Shown here in pieces: positions 46,701 through 56,100 of a stretch of DNA of 64,000 nucleotides. Below the pieces are notes generated by a model. That model saw only the letters and a program-made list of their open reading frames with translations, was not told the origin of the DNA and searched no databases. The stretch lies in the IMG/VR virus record IMGVR_UViG_3300044796_000657, positions 124,001 through 188,000 of that record; one strand, 5' to 3'. Both the position numbers and the translations under genes were made by a program. Numbering within the stretch: the first letter of the stretch is position 1; the number at the start of each line of letters is the position of its first letter.

Positions 46701-46728
46701 AAAGAGCCGGGGAAATTTCCCCGGCTCT
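46701..46728 (-). terminator. intrinsic terminator
   Basis: agagccgggg/ccccggctct stem. Confidence 0.75.
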
Positions 46729-46741
46729 CGTCAACGGGAAC

Positions 46742-47809
46742 CTACTTCTTGGCAGCGGCGATGAATTCCGTAATCGCTTCGGGCTGACGCCACAGCTTCT
46801 TGACGGTGTTGAGGGCGTGAGAAGCGTCCGTACACTTCTTCGTTCCGAGGAAGTCCTCCACACCATCGGGCTTGACGACATACAGAGACACTTCGTTGCC
46901 GGTGGTTTTCGTTTTGTACTTGTTGTCCGGGGAAGTGGACTCAACAACCGAAACCGGTTGCGGCTTCTGCATCTGCGTGAAGGCTTCAGGCAACGAACCG
47001 GTGAAGTTCATTTGGCTGATGACGAACTGCGGTGGGATCACCTTGAACAACGCCTCCAGCCGGTCGGTGGCTTTGTCAACGAAGGCGGGATCGGCCTTGT
47101 TAACACTTTCAATGGCGATTTGAACAGCACGATCTTGCCAGTTGTCGTTCACTTCGTAGGTAACCCCGGCTTCCAGCACCAAAGCTTGCTCTTGATCGGT
47201 CAGCGACAACACGAACCCCATCAACTTCTCGGCGACAGCCTTTTGTTCAGGCGTGGCATCGTCGGCGGTCAGATCGGTGAATTTCTTCAAACCGAGGCTT
47301 TCCTTTGACTTGATGATCTTCTCGGTGACCTCCTTGACAACGTGGTCACCGAAACCCAAACCCGTCAAGGCGGTACCCACATCAAGGGGTGTTCCATCGC
47401 TGGCTGACCGCTTGAACTTGCTCATGTGTTTCACCACCAAGTTCGCCCGGCTGTGTTCGGATTGAAGCAGGGGGTTGTCGAGCATATAGCCCGCTCCGAC
47501 CACACGCTTCAGGAACTTGCGAATGAAAATTGTCTGCGCCAGCAACTTGGCGGTCGTTTGATTGGCGATAGCCACTTTCATCACGGTGTCGGATGAAGTT
47601 AACCCGTCCAACGCAGCACTTTCTTCATCGTTTTCGCAAGGCAAGGTCTGTTTTGCCTTCTTGCCCGCTGCCGGTGCTGCGACGGGAGGAGCAGCCTTGG
47701 CCCTGAGTCGTTCCATCGCACTCATTGGCTTCTCTGCCGGAGCCGGAGCAGCGGGAGGGGTTGCGGTCGTTGTGGCGCCTTCGACTTTCGATGCGGCTTT
47801 GCGAGCCAT
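46742..47809 (-). CDS. hypothetical protein, probably highly expressed
   Basis: 355 aa, AGGAG SD, GC-richer codons, own promoter and terminator. Confidence 0.8.
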   Translation of the reverse strand: MARKAASKVEGATTTATPPAAPAPAEKPMSAMERLRAKAAPPVAAPAAGKKAKQTLPCENDEESAALDGLTSSDTVMKVAIANQTTAKLLAQTIFIRKFLKRVVGAGYMLDNPLLQSEHSRANLVVKHMSKFKRSASDGTPLDVGTALTGLGFGDHVVKEVTEKIIKSKESLGLKKFTDLTADDATPEQKAVAEKLMGFVLSLTDQEQALVLEAGVTYEVNDNWQDRAVQIAIESVNKADPAFVDKATDRLEALFKVIPPQFVISQMNFTGSLPEAFTQMQKPQPVSVVESTSPDNKYKTKTTGNEVSLYVVKPDGVEDFLGTKKCTDASHALNTVKKLWRQPEAITEFIAAAKK

Positions 47810-47903
47810 AGAAACACTCCTAAGAGGGCTATCGGGGGTTGGTTGGCGAAGCGAAATACCCCGCCCAATACCACACCTACCCTTGCTTCATTCACACCAC
47901 GCA

Positions 47904-47917
47904 GGGTGTATGGTCAC
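47904..47917 (-). repeat. 14-bp junction element, copy 8
   Basis: exact; overlaps predicted transcription start. Confidence 0.95.
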
Positions 47918-47919
47918 TC

Positions 47920-47948
47920 ATCGTATCTTATTGGCAAGTTAATGTCAA
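47920..47948 (-). promoter_or_regulatory. sigma70-type promoter TTGACA-N17-TACGAT
   Basis: -10 box 2 nt upstream of motif copy 8. Confidence 0.75.
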
Positions 47949-47953
47949 CCAAA

Positions 47954-48574
47954 TTATCGCAATTTTATCTCACGGGTGGAGTAGGCGGCATTATGTTGAA
48001 CAAGAATGCGTTCGTGTGCCGGTGGCTTTTTTCCCAAAGTAGTGTGAAGATGTTCTTCGCTGATAGCTTGGAACGCTTTCAGCCATCCATCAAAAGAGGG
48101 TTTTTGGTAATAGACATTGCCCGCCAAGAAGTATTCGAAGGCAGGCATTGTGTGAGCCAAATATGAACCGGGGGCTTTCAAAACATCCGCAAGTTTCGGG
48201 CCTGTTTCACGAAGTAGGATGGTAAGAAGATTGAATCGAAGTGGATCTGCCCACCATTCCGTGAGCGAAACACACACATCGGTAACACTTGTAGGATGGA
48301 ATGTAAGCCTATCATCCATCGGCAAGTTCAACTTAACTTCAATTTCTGTCATGAAATCGACGAGAGATTGTAATGTTTGTACGTTTACGCTTACCCTTGG
48401 GTAATACAAAAACGGCTTCACTTCATCGTTGTAACCATATACTTTGTCATACCTGTCGTGGAATTCTTCACGACAGGAATACCAAGCAGTGATCCCCCAC
48501 ACTCTCAAATACCCGGATATACCGGAATACTGAGCGAAGCCGTCGTTTTTGACTTCATTAGACAAAGTCGCCAT
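47954..48574 (-). CDS. hypothetical protein, paralogue family B
   Basis: CREEF and EWW..LRFNLLTILLR as in 33070. Confidence 0.7.
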   Translation of the reverse strand: MATLSNEVKNDGFAQYSGISGYLRVWGITAWYSCREEFHDRYDKVYGYNDEVKPFLYYPRVSVNVQTLQSLVDFMTEIEVKLNLPMDDRLTFHPTSVTDVCVSLTEWWADPLRFNLLTILLRETGPKLADVLKAPGSYLAHTMPAFEYFLAGNVYYQKPSFDGWLKAFQAISEEHLHTTLGKKPPAHERILVQHNAAYSTREIKLR

Positions 48575-48586
48575 ACATCACCTAAG

Positions 48587-49801
48587 TTAAACTTTTGGTA
48601 AAGTGAACATGGTAAGTTGAGTCATTACATTGCCCAAAGTAATCACTGCTCGTTCAACGGCATATTGAAAAGCAGGACGACCTCCGACAATTTTTTCACG
48701 ATGATAAGCCAAATTTAACTTTTTGGCCAAATTGTGAGCATAATTTGCCAATTGTGCTGGATCAATATTCACAATCGCACGCTGATGATAATACTTCCAA
48801 TAAGAAGCATATCCCAAAAGCTCAATGTCTTCCTTCACAAATTCGTGCGAACCCATACCAATAGGGATACCGTTCAAGGATAAATCCCTCGCCGACAAAG
48901 CAGACATAATGCGAGCATAGGTATAAGTAATGTACATGCCCGGCGCATCGGGATCTGTCCACCCTTCGGCATCATACTTAACGTTTTGCTCTCGGCTTGT
49001 GTGCAGGAAGTTCCACGCCAACACATTCCAAGCAACTTTAAGCGGGTGTTCCGTCTCCTTCAATCGCTCCTGCACACTTGCCAATATTTCATCGGCAGCT
49101 ACGCTATCACCGTTACGAGAAGCCATCTTTTTGCCGTCTTTGCCCAACACCAAGCCCATACCCAAATGGCCACTACATCCCAGTGACTCAAAGTGTCCCT
49201 TTTGTTCGGCACCGGTCAAGTAATGAGTGGGCTTAGCATTTTGGGCGAATGCGATGTCCCAAAAGGAGTAATTGGGCCGACCGTCACTACGGATTACGAT
49301 TATCGGGCCTTTTGGCCCATCCCACATTTGACAACCTTCAGGGGATTTGCCTTCTTCAAAATACTTATCGTCGTCTTTGGTCGCAGGACGATACTTAACG
49401 TAATCCCACGGTTGAAGAACATCATAGTAAAGTTCTGGTTTGTAGTCCAAGAAATTGAACCACTTGTGAAGTTTGGGCATAGCCGTTGATATAACGCCTT
49501 GTGAAGCCCCCAAAAGGGCAACAGGCTTACAATCGGGCATAAAGCGGAATATGGAAACGGCGAGGGCTAAATTGCGAAGATGGCCAGCATGAAGAACTTT
49601 ATTGAGGTTCGGAGCAAACCCGTCGATGATCATGGGTTGATGCTTAACTGCTTCTTCTTGAGGCCACTTCCAATTTTGAGCGTTGAAATGGTAATTGAAA
49701 TAACGCCCAACTTGTACTTCGGTGTACTTGTTGGCGTATTGGGGCATCTGTGTCATGGTCGCAAAGCCGACCCCGTGACTATCTGGAATAGGGCGAATCA
49801 C
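48587..49801 (-). CDS. argS: short arginyl-tRNA synthetase-like protein
   Basis: PNLNKVLHAGHLRN (HIGH), RSDG..Y, KMASRNG (KMSKS) and Y..YTYARI. Confidence 0.85.
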   Translation of the reverse strand: MIRPIPDSHGVGFATMTQMPQYANKYTEVQVGRYFNYHFNAQNWKWPQEEAVKHQPMIIDGFAPNLNKVLHAGHLRNLALAVSIFRFMPDCKPVALLGASQGVISTAMPKLHKWFNFLDYKPELYYDVLQPWDYVKYRPATKDDDKYFEEGKSPEGCQMWDGPKGPIIVIRSDGRPNYSFWDIAFAQNAKPTHYLTGAEQKGHFESLGCSGHLGMGLVLGKDGKKMASRNGDSVAADEILASVQERLKETEHPLKVAWNVLAWNFLHTSREQNVKYDAEGWTDPDAPGMYITYTYARIMSALSARDLSLNGIPIGMGSHEFVKEDIELLGYASYWKYYHQRAIVNIDPAQLANYAHNLAKKLNLAYHREKIVGGRPAFQYAVERAVITLGNVMTQLTMFTLPKV

Positions 49802-50148
49802 GAATAACTCTTTCTGAGTGCGGCGTAAAGCTCGCTAATCATTATGGTGTTCATCCACAATAACTCATTCGGCGATGAAAGTAAAGCCCAATCTTTCATA
49901 ATGCCCGAAAATTCCGTTCTTTGTTGGCCTGCATCAAGTCGCAATGCCATGAAAGTTTCACCGGAATAATCAAATGTTGATTGTACACCCCAAGAGGATT
50001 TTCTCATGTTCATAATCAAATAATCTTCATTTGATCTTGTCTGTCGAACACGAAATTTAGAAACCTCTAACTTTCGATACCATTCAGAGAGACACATTGC
50101 AAACGTTAACGGCTGTTTCGGATTTGATGAATTCGGCGTAGTATTCAT
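49798..50148 (-). CDS. hypothetical protein
   Basis: 116 aa ORF. Confidence 0.55.
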   Translation of the reverse strand: MNTTPNSSNPKQPLTFAMCLSEWYRKLEVSKFRVRQTRSNEDYLIMNMRKSSWGVQSTFDYSGETFMALRLDAGQQRTEFSGIMKDWALLSSPNELLWMNTIMISELYAALRKSYS

Positions 50149-50620
50149 TCAAAGCTCCGAAGCTACTCTCCACTTGGAGAAGTTTCTTTTGAAGTTCTTG
50201 GATTTTTACCTTGAGTTGTTTCGATTCATCACTAACAACGGTAAGCATTCCAGCCGAAATCATTTCAGCATCAATGCCAGCTTCGGCTTTGGTTCGCCGT
50301 TTTGCTGTCCACTTAATCATGCACATCAAATCATATGCTTGGGGTCGAGCTTGGGCGATTTTCTCAGTATTGCGATTTTGCCAAACTTCGGCAAGATACG
50401 TTTCCAATACAACACCCATTGCCGAACCACTGGATCGTCGCATCTTAACGATATTACCCGGCTTAACCATTACCGGCAAACCCCTCATATCGTTGGGGTT
50501 AATGTCAATGTAGCGACGAGCATCCATACGACCAGCAAACATATCGTCCAAGAATTTTCTGGAGAGAATGTCTGGGTGCCAAGGCTCAACAATCGTCGGA
50601 CGTTTCATTTCGTAAATCAT
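50084..50620 (-). CDS. hypothetical protein
   Basis: GGAGG SD before MIYEM. Confidence 0.65.
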   Translation of the reverse strand: MIYEMKRPTIVEPWHPDILSRKFLDDMFAGRMDARRYIDINPNDMRGLPVMVKPGNIVKMRRSSGSAMGVVLETYLAEVWQNRNTEKIAQARPQAYDLMCMIKWTAKRRTKAEAGIDAEMISAGMLTVVSDESKQLKVKIQELQKKLLQVESSFGALNEYYAEFIKSETAVNVCNVSL

Positions 50621-51290
50621 CTTTACCTCCAATAGTGATACTAACACAACGAGGCACTATTTCCAATACCGTAGGTGGATGTACACAACCCTGTCCAACG
50701 ATAGCGGCATTTACAAACTTTATCCCATCCACATCGTACTGCCCTCGCCCTTCATGAATGTGGCCGAAAACATGTAATATCGGCTTGACCTCAAGAATGC
50801 GAGCCATTAATGATGACGAACCAGCATTTTCAAATATTCCAAGCGACCTCAAGGCACCGTCACCAATGCCAAAAGGAGGACTATGTGAAACGACAATATC
50901 CGTATCGTCTGGTATCTTGGCAAATATCTCACGCAATTGATCTTCTTTGGCATTAAAAGCCCAATCATGGAACGGACGTTGCCACGGGGTTCCATAAATC
51001 TTAAATCCTGCTACTTCAATTGAAGAATCCTGCAAATAATGCCACGGCAAATCTGGAACCGATGATGGCCTTTCTTGAAAAAGGAAATCATGATTACCAG
51101 CAATGCCAACGATATTTTTAGCAGGCAACGATCTTAACCAATAACGGAAAGTCGTATCAAACCAACTAAGCTGTTTATCTAAATTCAAACTTTTTGGAAC
51201 AAGATCGCCTGCAATTAACAACAAATCACATGGCGGAATATCCACGAGATTGCCGTGGATGTCCGAAATCAAAACTATACGAGCCATCAC
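50586..51290 (-). CDS. metallophosphoesterase
   Basis: SDIHG, AGD, GNHD, SHSPP and FGHIHE. Confidence 0.92.
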   Translation of the reverse strand: MMARIVLISDIHGNLVDIPPCDLLLIAGDLVPKSLNLDKQLSWFDTTFRYWLRSLPAKNIVGIAGNHDFLFQERPSSVPDLPWHYLQDSSIEVAGFKIYGTPWQRPFHDWAFNAKEDQLREIFAKIPDDTDIVVSHSPPFGIGDGALRSLGIFENAGSSSLMARILEVKPILHVFGHIHEGRGQYDVDGIKFVNAAIVGQGCVHPPTVLEIVPRCVSITIGGKDDLRNETSDDC

Positions 51291-52099
51291 TTAACTTTCA
51301 ATTTTTGCTTTGCTGATAATCGCTTCCAAGTAATGTTGGGGATCATCGCTTCTTTTGGAACGTTCATCAAAGTTGGCCTATCAGCATAAGCAAACCGCAA
51401 TCCATCACGGATATTATACGATATAAACTTCAGCAAATAAACACCAACATTGTCATTCCACACAACATTAACTTGTTTGCCAACCGTGATCAAGGTGTTA
51501 GATTGAGTAGTTGCTATTGCCGTAGCGGGACTTGCCGTATTCCAAAAAGTTGTAGCAGATATTCCAAAATGACTAACATTCCAATTGGTCTGCACACTTG
51601 TACCAATAACCTGCCGATCAGAATAACCTGCACACTTGGAAATACCAACAAGAGATGCCACATCAAAAATGACACCCATTTGACGAAACATCAAAATGTG
51701 ATTATCATAAACAATCAATAACCATTTCGCTATTGGGCGATTAATATTCCAAGTGGTTTCTGCTGATACTGCAACATTGTGGTGATTGCCAAAAACAACC
51801 TTGCGGTACCTTTTTCTGGTAAAACAAATTGACCAATTAGTATCACTGATAATGCGAACAACTGCTGCAGTCGTCCAATTAGCCTGCACACTTGCCGTTG
51901 TCAATTTCAATACATTGGCAAATGACTCACAAACAATGGAAACTCGATTATCTAATTTCCATTGCGTCGAAACGGAAATACCAACAAGTTGTTTTTGCGA
52001 CCACGTTGTTTCCACCGAATGAGCAGTGACTTTAACGACCGTGTTCCAACGACAACTTTTCTGTCTTCCAGCAACAATATAATCGAGGTCATACATCAA
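51287..52099 (-). CDS. virion-associated protein with TxWN repeats
   Basis: periodic Trp motifs as in 53142-57227. Confidence 0.65.
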   Translation of the reverse strand: MMYDLDYIVAGRQKSCRWNTVVKVTAHSVETTWSQKQLVGISVSTQWKLDNRVSIVCESFANVLKLTTASVQANWTTAAVVRIISDTNWSICFTRKRYRKVVFGNHHNVAVSAETTWNINRPIAKWLLIVYDNHILMFRQMGVIFDVASLVGISKCAGYSDRQVIGTSVQTNWNVSHFGISATTFWNTASPATAIATTQSNTLITVGKQVNVVWNDNVGVYLLKFISYNIRDGLRFAYADRPTLMNVPKEAMIPNITWKRLSAKQKLKVK

Positions 52100-53121
52100 G
52101 TCACCGTTTTGACGCCAAACTGAGCACTATTAATATCGGTATCAGTCCAAGCACTGCTAGTATCGGGATTAAGCTCAATTACCTGCTTATAGTAGGTGTA
52201 AGTATCCAACAGCGTTGCCGTAGAAGCGGTGTAAACGGTACCACCTACTTTTTGAACCTGTTGAAAATGTCTTGTTCCTGCAGCATCCTTACGAGCATAA
52301 GAACATTGTTCAATGCCAAAAACGGTAGTGGCGGTCAAACTGTCAAATGTATATAAATCTACAAGGTTGATCGATGAAGCCTTGACATAATCCGTATCAC
52401 CATTAGGCGTTGCATCATCCACATAAGTATAATTATTTGTGCTATTCCCAATACTGTTTGTCCATTGGCTAGAGTCACCGTTACCATTCGGATACAAAGG
52501 AATGACACGACTATCACCCAAGAAGTCGTTATTCACAGCACCACTTTGATCACAAATATAAACATCGTCTAAATAAGAAATCGGGCCATTGGATGAAAAT
52601 CCCACTCTGTTGTAATAAGCATGGCCAGTGTTTTGAATAGAAGAGCTAGTTGGCACTGTTGCAACGACATTTTCATTAACTCTTAACTGACAAGAATTGG
52701 CCGCAACAGAAGTACTTATAGTGCCTTTGAATTCAATATAATAATAATTATTGGCTACAATGGTACTAACAGGTGAACTTGCTAATAACGTAAGATTACC
52801 ATTGAGAATTTCCAACTCGCCTAATAACGTCAACCTAATAATAACCTGCTTACCATTACCAACATCATCAAGAAAAATGATATTATTATTAGTATCTGTT
52901 CCAGTAACGGAATTGAAATAAAAGCCAGCGCCAACCACAAAGGTTGTAAACGAGGCATAGTTCATATTAACGGATTGAGCATTATCCCCAATTGCCAATG
53001 CTTGTCCCGTACCAAACCTTGTAGGCGTTGATACGATAGAACATCCAACTACAGCATCCCACATTTGGCCAAGGTCGCCCGTACTATAGTGATCAAAACC
53101 ATCCATAAAAAGCATTGTCAT
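52096..53121 (-). CDS. putative tail/virion protein (lectin-like beta sandwich)
   Basis: FMDGFDHY, YLDDVY, DFLGD and NPDTSSAW patterns. Confidence 0.7.
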   Translation of the reverse strand: MTMLFMDGFDHYSTGDLGQMWDAVVGCSIVSTPTRFGTGQALAIGDNAQSVNMNYASFTTFVVGAGFYFNSVTGTDTNNNIIFLDDVGNGKQVIIRLTLLGELEILNGNLTLLASSPVSTIVANNYYYIEFKGTISTSVAANSCQLRVNENVVATVPTSSSIQNTGHAYYNRVGFSSNGPISYLDDVYICDQSGAVNNDFLGDSRVIPLYPNGNGDSSQWTNSIGNSTNNYTYVDDATPNGDTDYVKASSINLVDLYTFDSLTATTVFGIEQCSYARKDAAGTRHFQQVQKVGGTVYTASTATLLDTYTYYKQVIELNPDTSSAWTDTDINSAQFGVKTVT

Positions 53122-53141
53122 ATCTTATATACCATTCTTCA

Positions 53142-56100
53142 TTACAAGTATTTCTTCACATATTTACTCTTATATTTCTTCGTTTTACTATCTTGCGTTA
53201 ATTCACAGACCGTAATTCTCGGCAACAAAGCCGTACTGCCACAGTTGCTTTGATTATTAACTTGGCAAGGATCAGACAATACAAAAGCTGCTGAACAAGG
53301 AGGATGCACATTCCATAATGTACCACCACGATCTTCATTAGCAATCACATGCTTAACATTCCAAGGCGTAGTATTAGACTTATTCACAACTGAATAATCC
53401 CAAGATGTCGCTGCTGTCTTATTGGAAACTTTGCGTGACTTCCAATCCGCAATTGAAGTCTGGTCCACCTTGAGCTTAGTAGTAAACGTCGTTCCAACCG
53501 AAACCCCTACTACCTTTTTCGTATCCCAATCAGCAACACGTTGCAATTTCAACGCAATAGCCCAAACTGTTGAAGTCGAAACATTAACATTTGTCAAAAC
53601 TTGCCATGTAACTTCTTCTACGCCAAAACTGCCATCAAAGGAATTGCTAAATGGATTTCCGGGTACACCATCAGGGATACTAACAAGTTGCCTCGTATTC
53701 CATGAAGTGTCAGAAACAGCGGCTTCTGAACTGATTTTTGTATTCCAAATAGCAGCACGCAAAAGTCTTACAGAAACATTCCAAATTGCTTGTCGCAACG
53801 GATTGTCCGAAAGCTTTCTTACATTCCATGACGTATCACCGCCATTTGGACCGGTTGGACCAATACGAACATTCCAATCAGTAGCACTAACTCTTTGTAG
53901 CTTCTTGAATACATTCCAAGTCGTAGCTAAATTAACGCTTATCGTAAACGCCCCAACAACCCATTGATCTTCAACATTGGTTCCAACCAATTGCCTTACA
54001 CGCCATGAAGGAGTACGAGCAGCACCAACAGGCTTTCTCACCTTCCAAAGTGTATTACCAAAAATGCGTGGTGATATTGATCCGATGACTTTCCATCGGA
54101 CATGCTTAGCTACGAAAATTGGCTCAGTTGGTGGTGGCGAAACACAATAAACGACGCCATAAATGACTTCCCAATAAGTTGCTGCCAATTTGCGGCGAAC
54201 CCTACGTGCTTCCCAAGTCGTATCGATACCAACTTTAACTCGTCCACCAATATCCCAAGTTGTCGTATTGGTAATATGAATTGGCGGCGGACGAACACCC
54301 CAAGATGTATCAGCATTTGTTCCAACCAAGAACCGAATATTCCAAGAAGTATCGGCCACATTGTTATTGTAACTGATTGTGACCCACTTGGCTACGCTCG
54401 TTTTCTTTGCCAGAACCAAAACGTTCCACAATGGGAATCCGTATTTCGCATTAGGGAATACACTCCACGCTGTATTCGCAACGATACGTGCCGACTTATG
54501 CGTATTCCAAGTAGTCGCACGATTTCTTGTTACAAGAACCTTTGTGTACCACGTCACAACGGCTGATTTGGCAATATTCGCTTCTGTATTCCATATACCT
54601 TGACGATTAGAAGCAACATTAACGTCAGAATTCCACTCGCTGTAAATCTGTTGGTTTACAGCAGTATCAGAATCACGATATACATTCCATCTGGTTCGGT
54701 TTGCAGGTTGTGGGTTCATCAACCGTCCAGCAACGCTATAAACATCCCATGTCGTATCGCAAGTCTTAGCAACAGGTGCAACAACATTCCATGAAGCGTC
54801 CGGCGACGACGGTGCGATAACAACTCTATCATTGAAATAAACCGTTCGGAACTTACTTCTAACGTGTTTAATATTCCATCTTGTGCTTATACCACTAACT
54901 ACTACACGATGACGTACATTCCACGTAGTATCGCCACCATCGGGACCAACGTGACCTCTTTCCGCAACATTCCACGTAGTATCGCCACCATCGGGACCAA
55001 CGTGCAGCCTTTCTGCTACATCCCACGTAGTACTAACGGGATCTTTTGTAACGTGGGCATTCACATTCCAAATAACCGACCTAGAACGATTAACTTGCGT
55101 AGGCTCATCTTGATAAACATTCCACAACGTAGGAACATTCAAGAACGGACTGTGTAAGCTATTCCAAGTAGTATCTGCCGTCTTAGAAACGAAAGGCAAA
55201 TGCTCAACATTCCAAGTCGTATCAGATGACGTTCCAACGCTGACTAAGCCAAACCATTTCAGTTTCAAATAATCTTCAACTTGCGTTTTTTCGGCCAAAT
55301 TCAACGTATTGTTAATAGTTCGCCCGAAAATATCCAAATCAGACGTATCACCATAAACGATAATTTCGGCAATATCACCCAACCAATAACCTTCATCCAA
55401 ATCACCATGTCGACCTACATAAAATTCCTGTGTCCAATCAAATCCACCTAATGTATTGGTACTTGCCCCTTGATCTGTTTGGTTAACATAAACAGTTGGA
55501 AACTGTGTATTATTAACTGTCAACTCGGCAGTAGCTAAAATATAATTACCAACTTGCGGATCGCCACGACCCGTATTGTGATAAGTCGTATCTTGATTAC
55601 CACCATAATAAGCGGTATACAAAAATCCAGTAGGTGCATTATTAGTCGTACCAAAGAACCACGACGTATCGATAGATGTAACAACGGAGTTGGCGATAAT
55701 AAATCGATCAAATCCATCACCACTACGAGCATCCTTCATAACAACGAAAATGTCTGCGCCCCATCGGCCATCATCAATCAAACCGACACTGTTGTTGATC
55801 GATAAGAAATTACGAATACCATCAAAAGTCGCTACTGGCAAACCATTTAGAGCACCGCTAGTTAACGCTGGACGAGCAAAGGTGCTCGTTTGAACAGCAT
55901 CATGATTACCAGCAGTAACCCATTTCGAATAACGAGGACTAGCGTAGTTAACCCAATCGGTAATATGATCTAATCCATCAAGTGTGACGCCTTGATCTGC
56001 TTTGAGCCACAGACTGAGCGAATCGTATCTTGGCAATGTCGTTTTAGTATTCCAAGTTGTCGAAGCCCCCTTGACGCTATGACCAACAACCTCCCACGTT

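Noticed and set aside
544-47917. 14-bp element as parS for the ParB-like protein
   Set aside because: It is non-palindromic, strand-biased and tied to gene starts; not excluded, but poorly supported.
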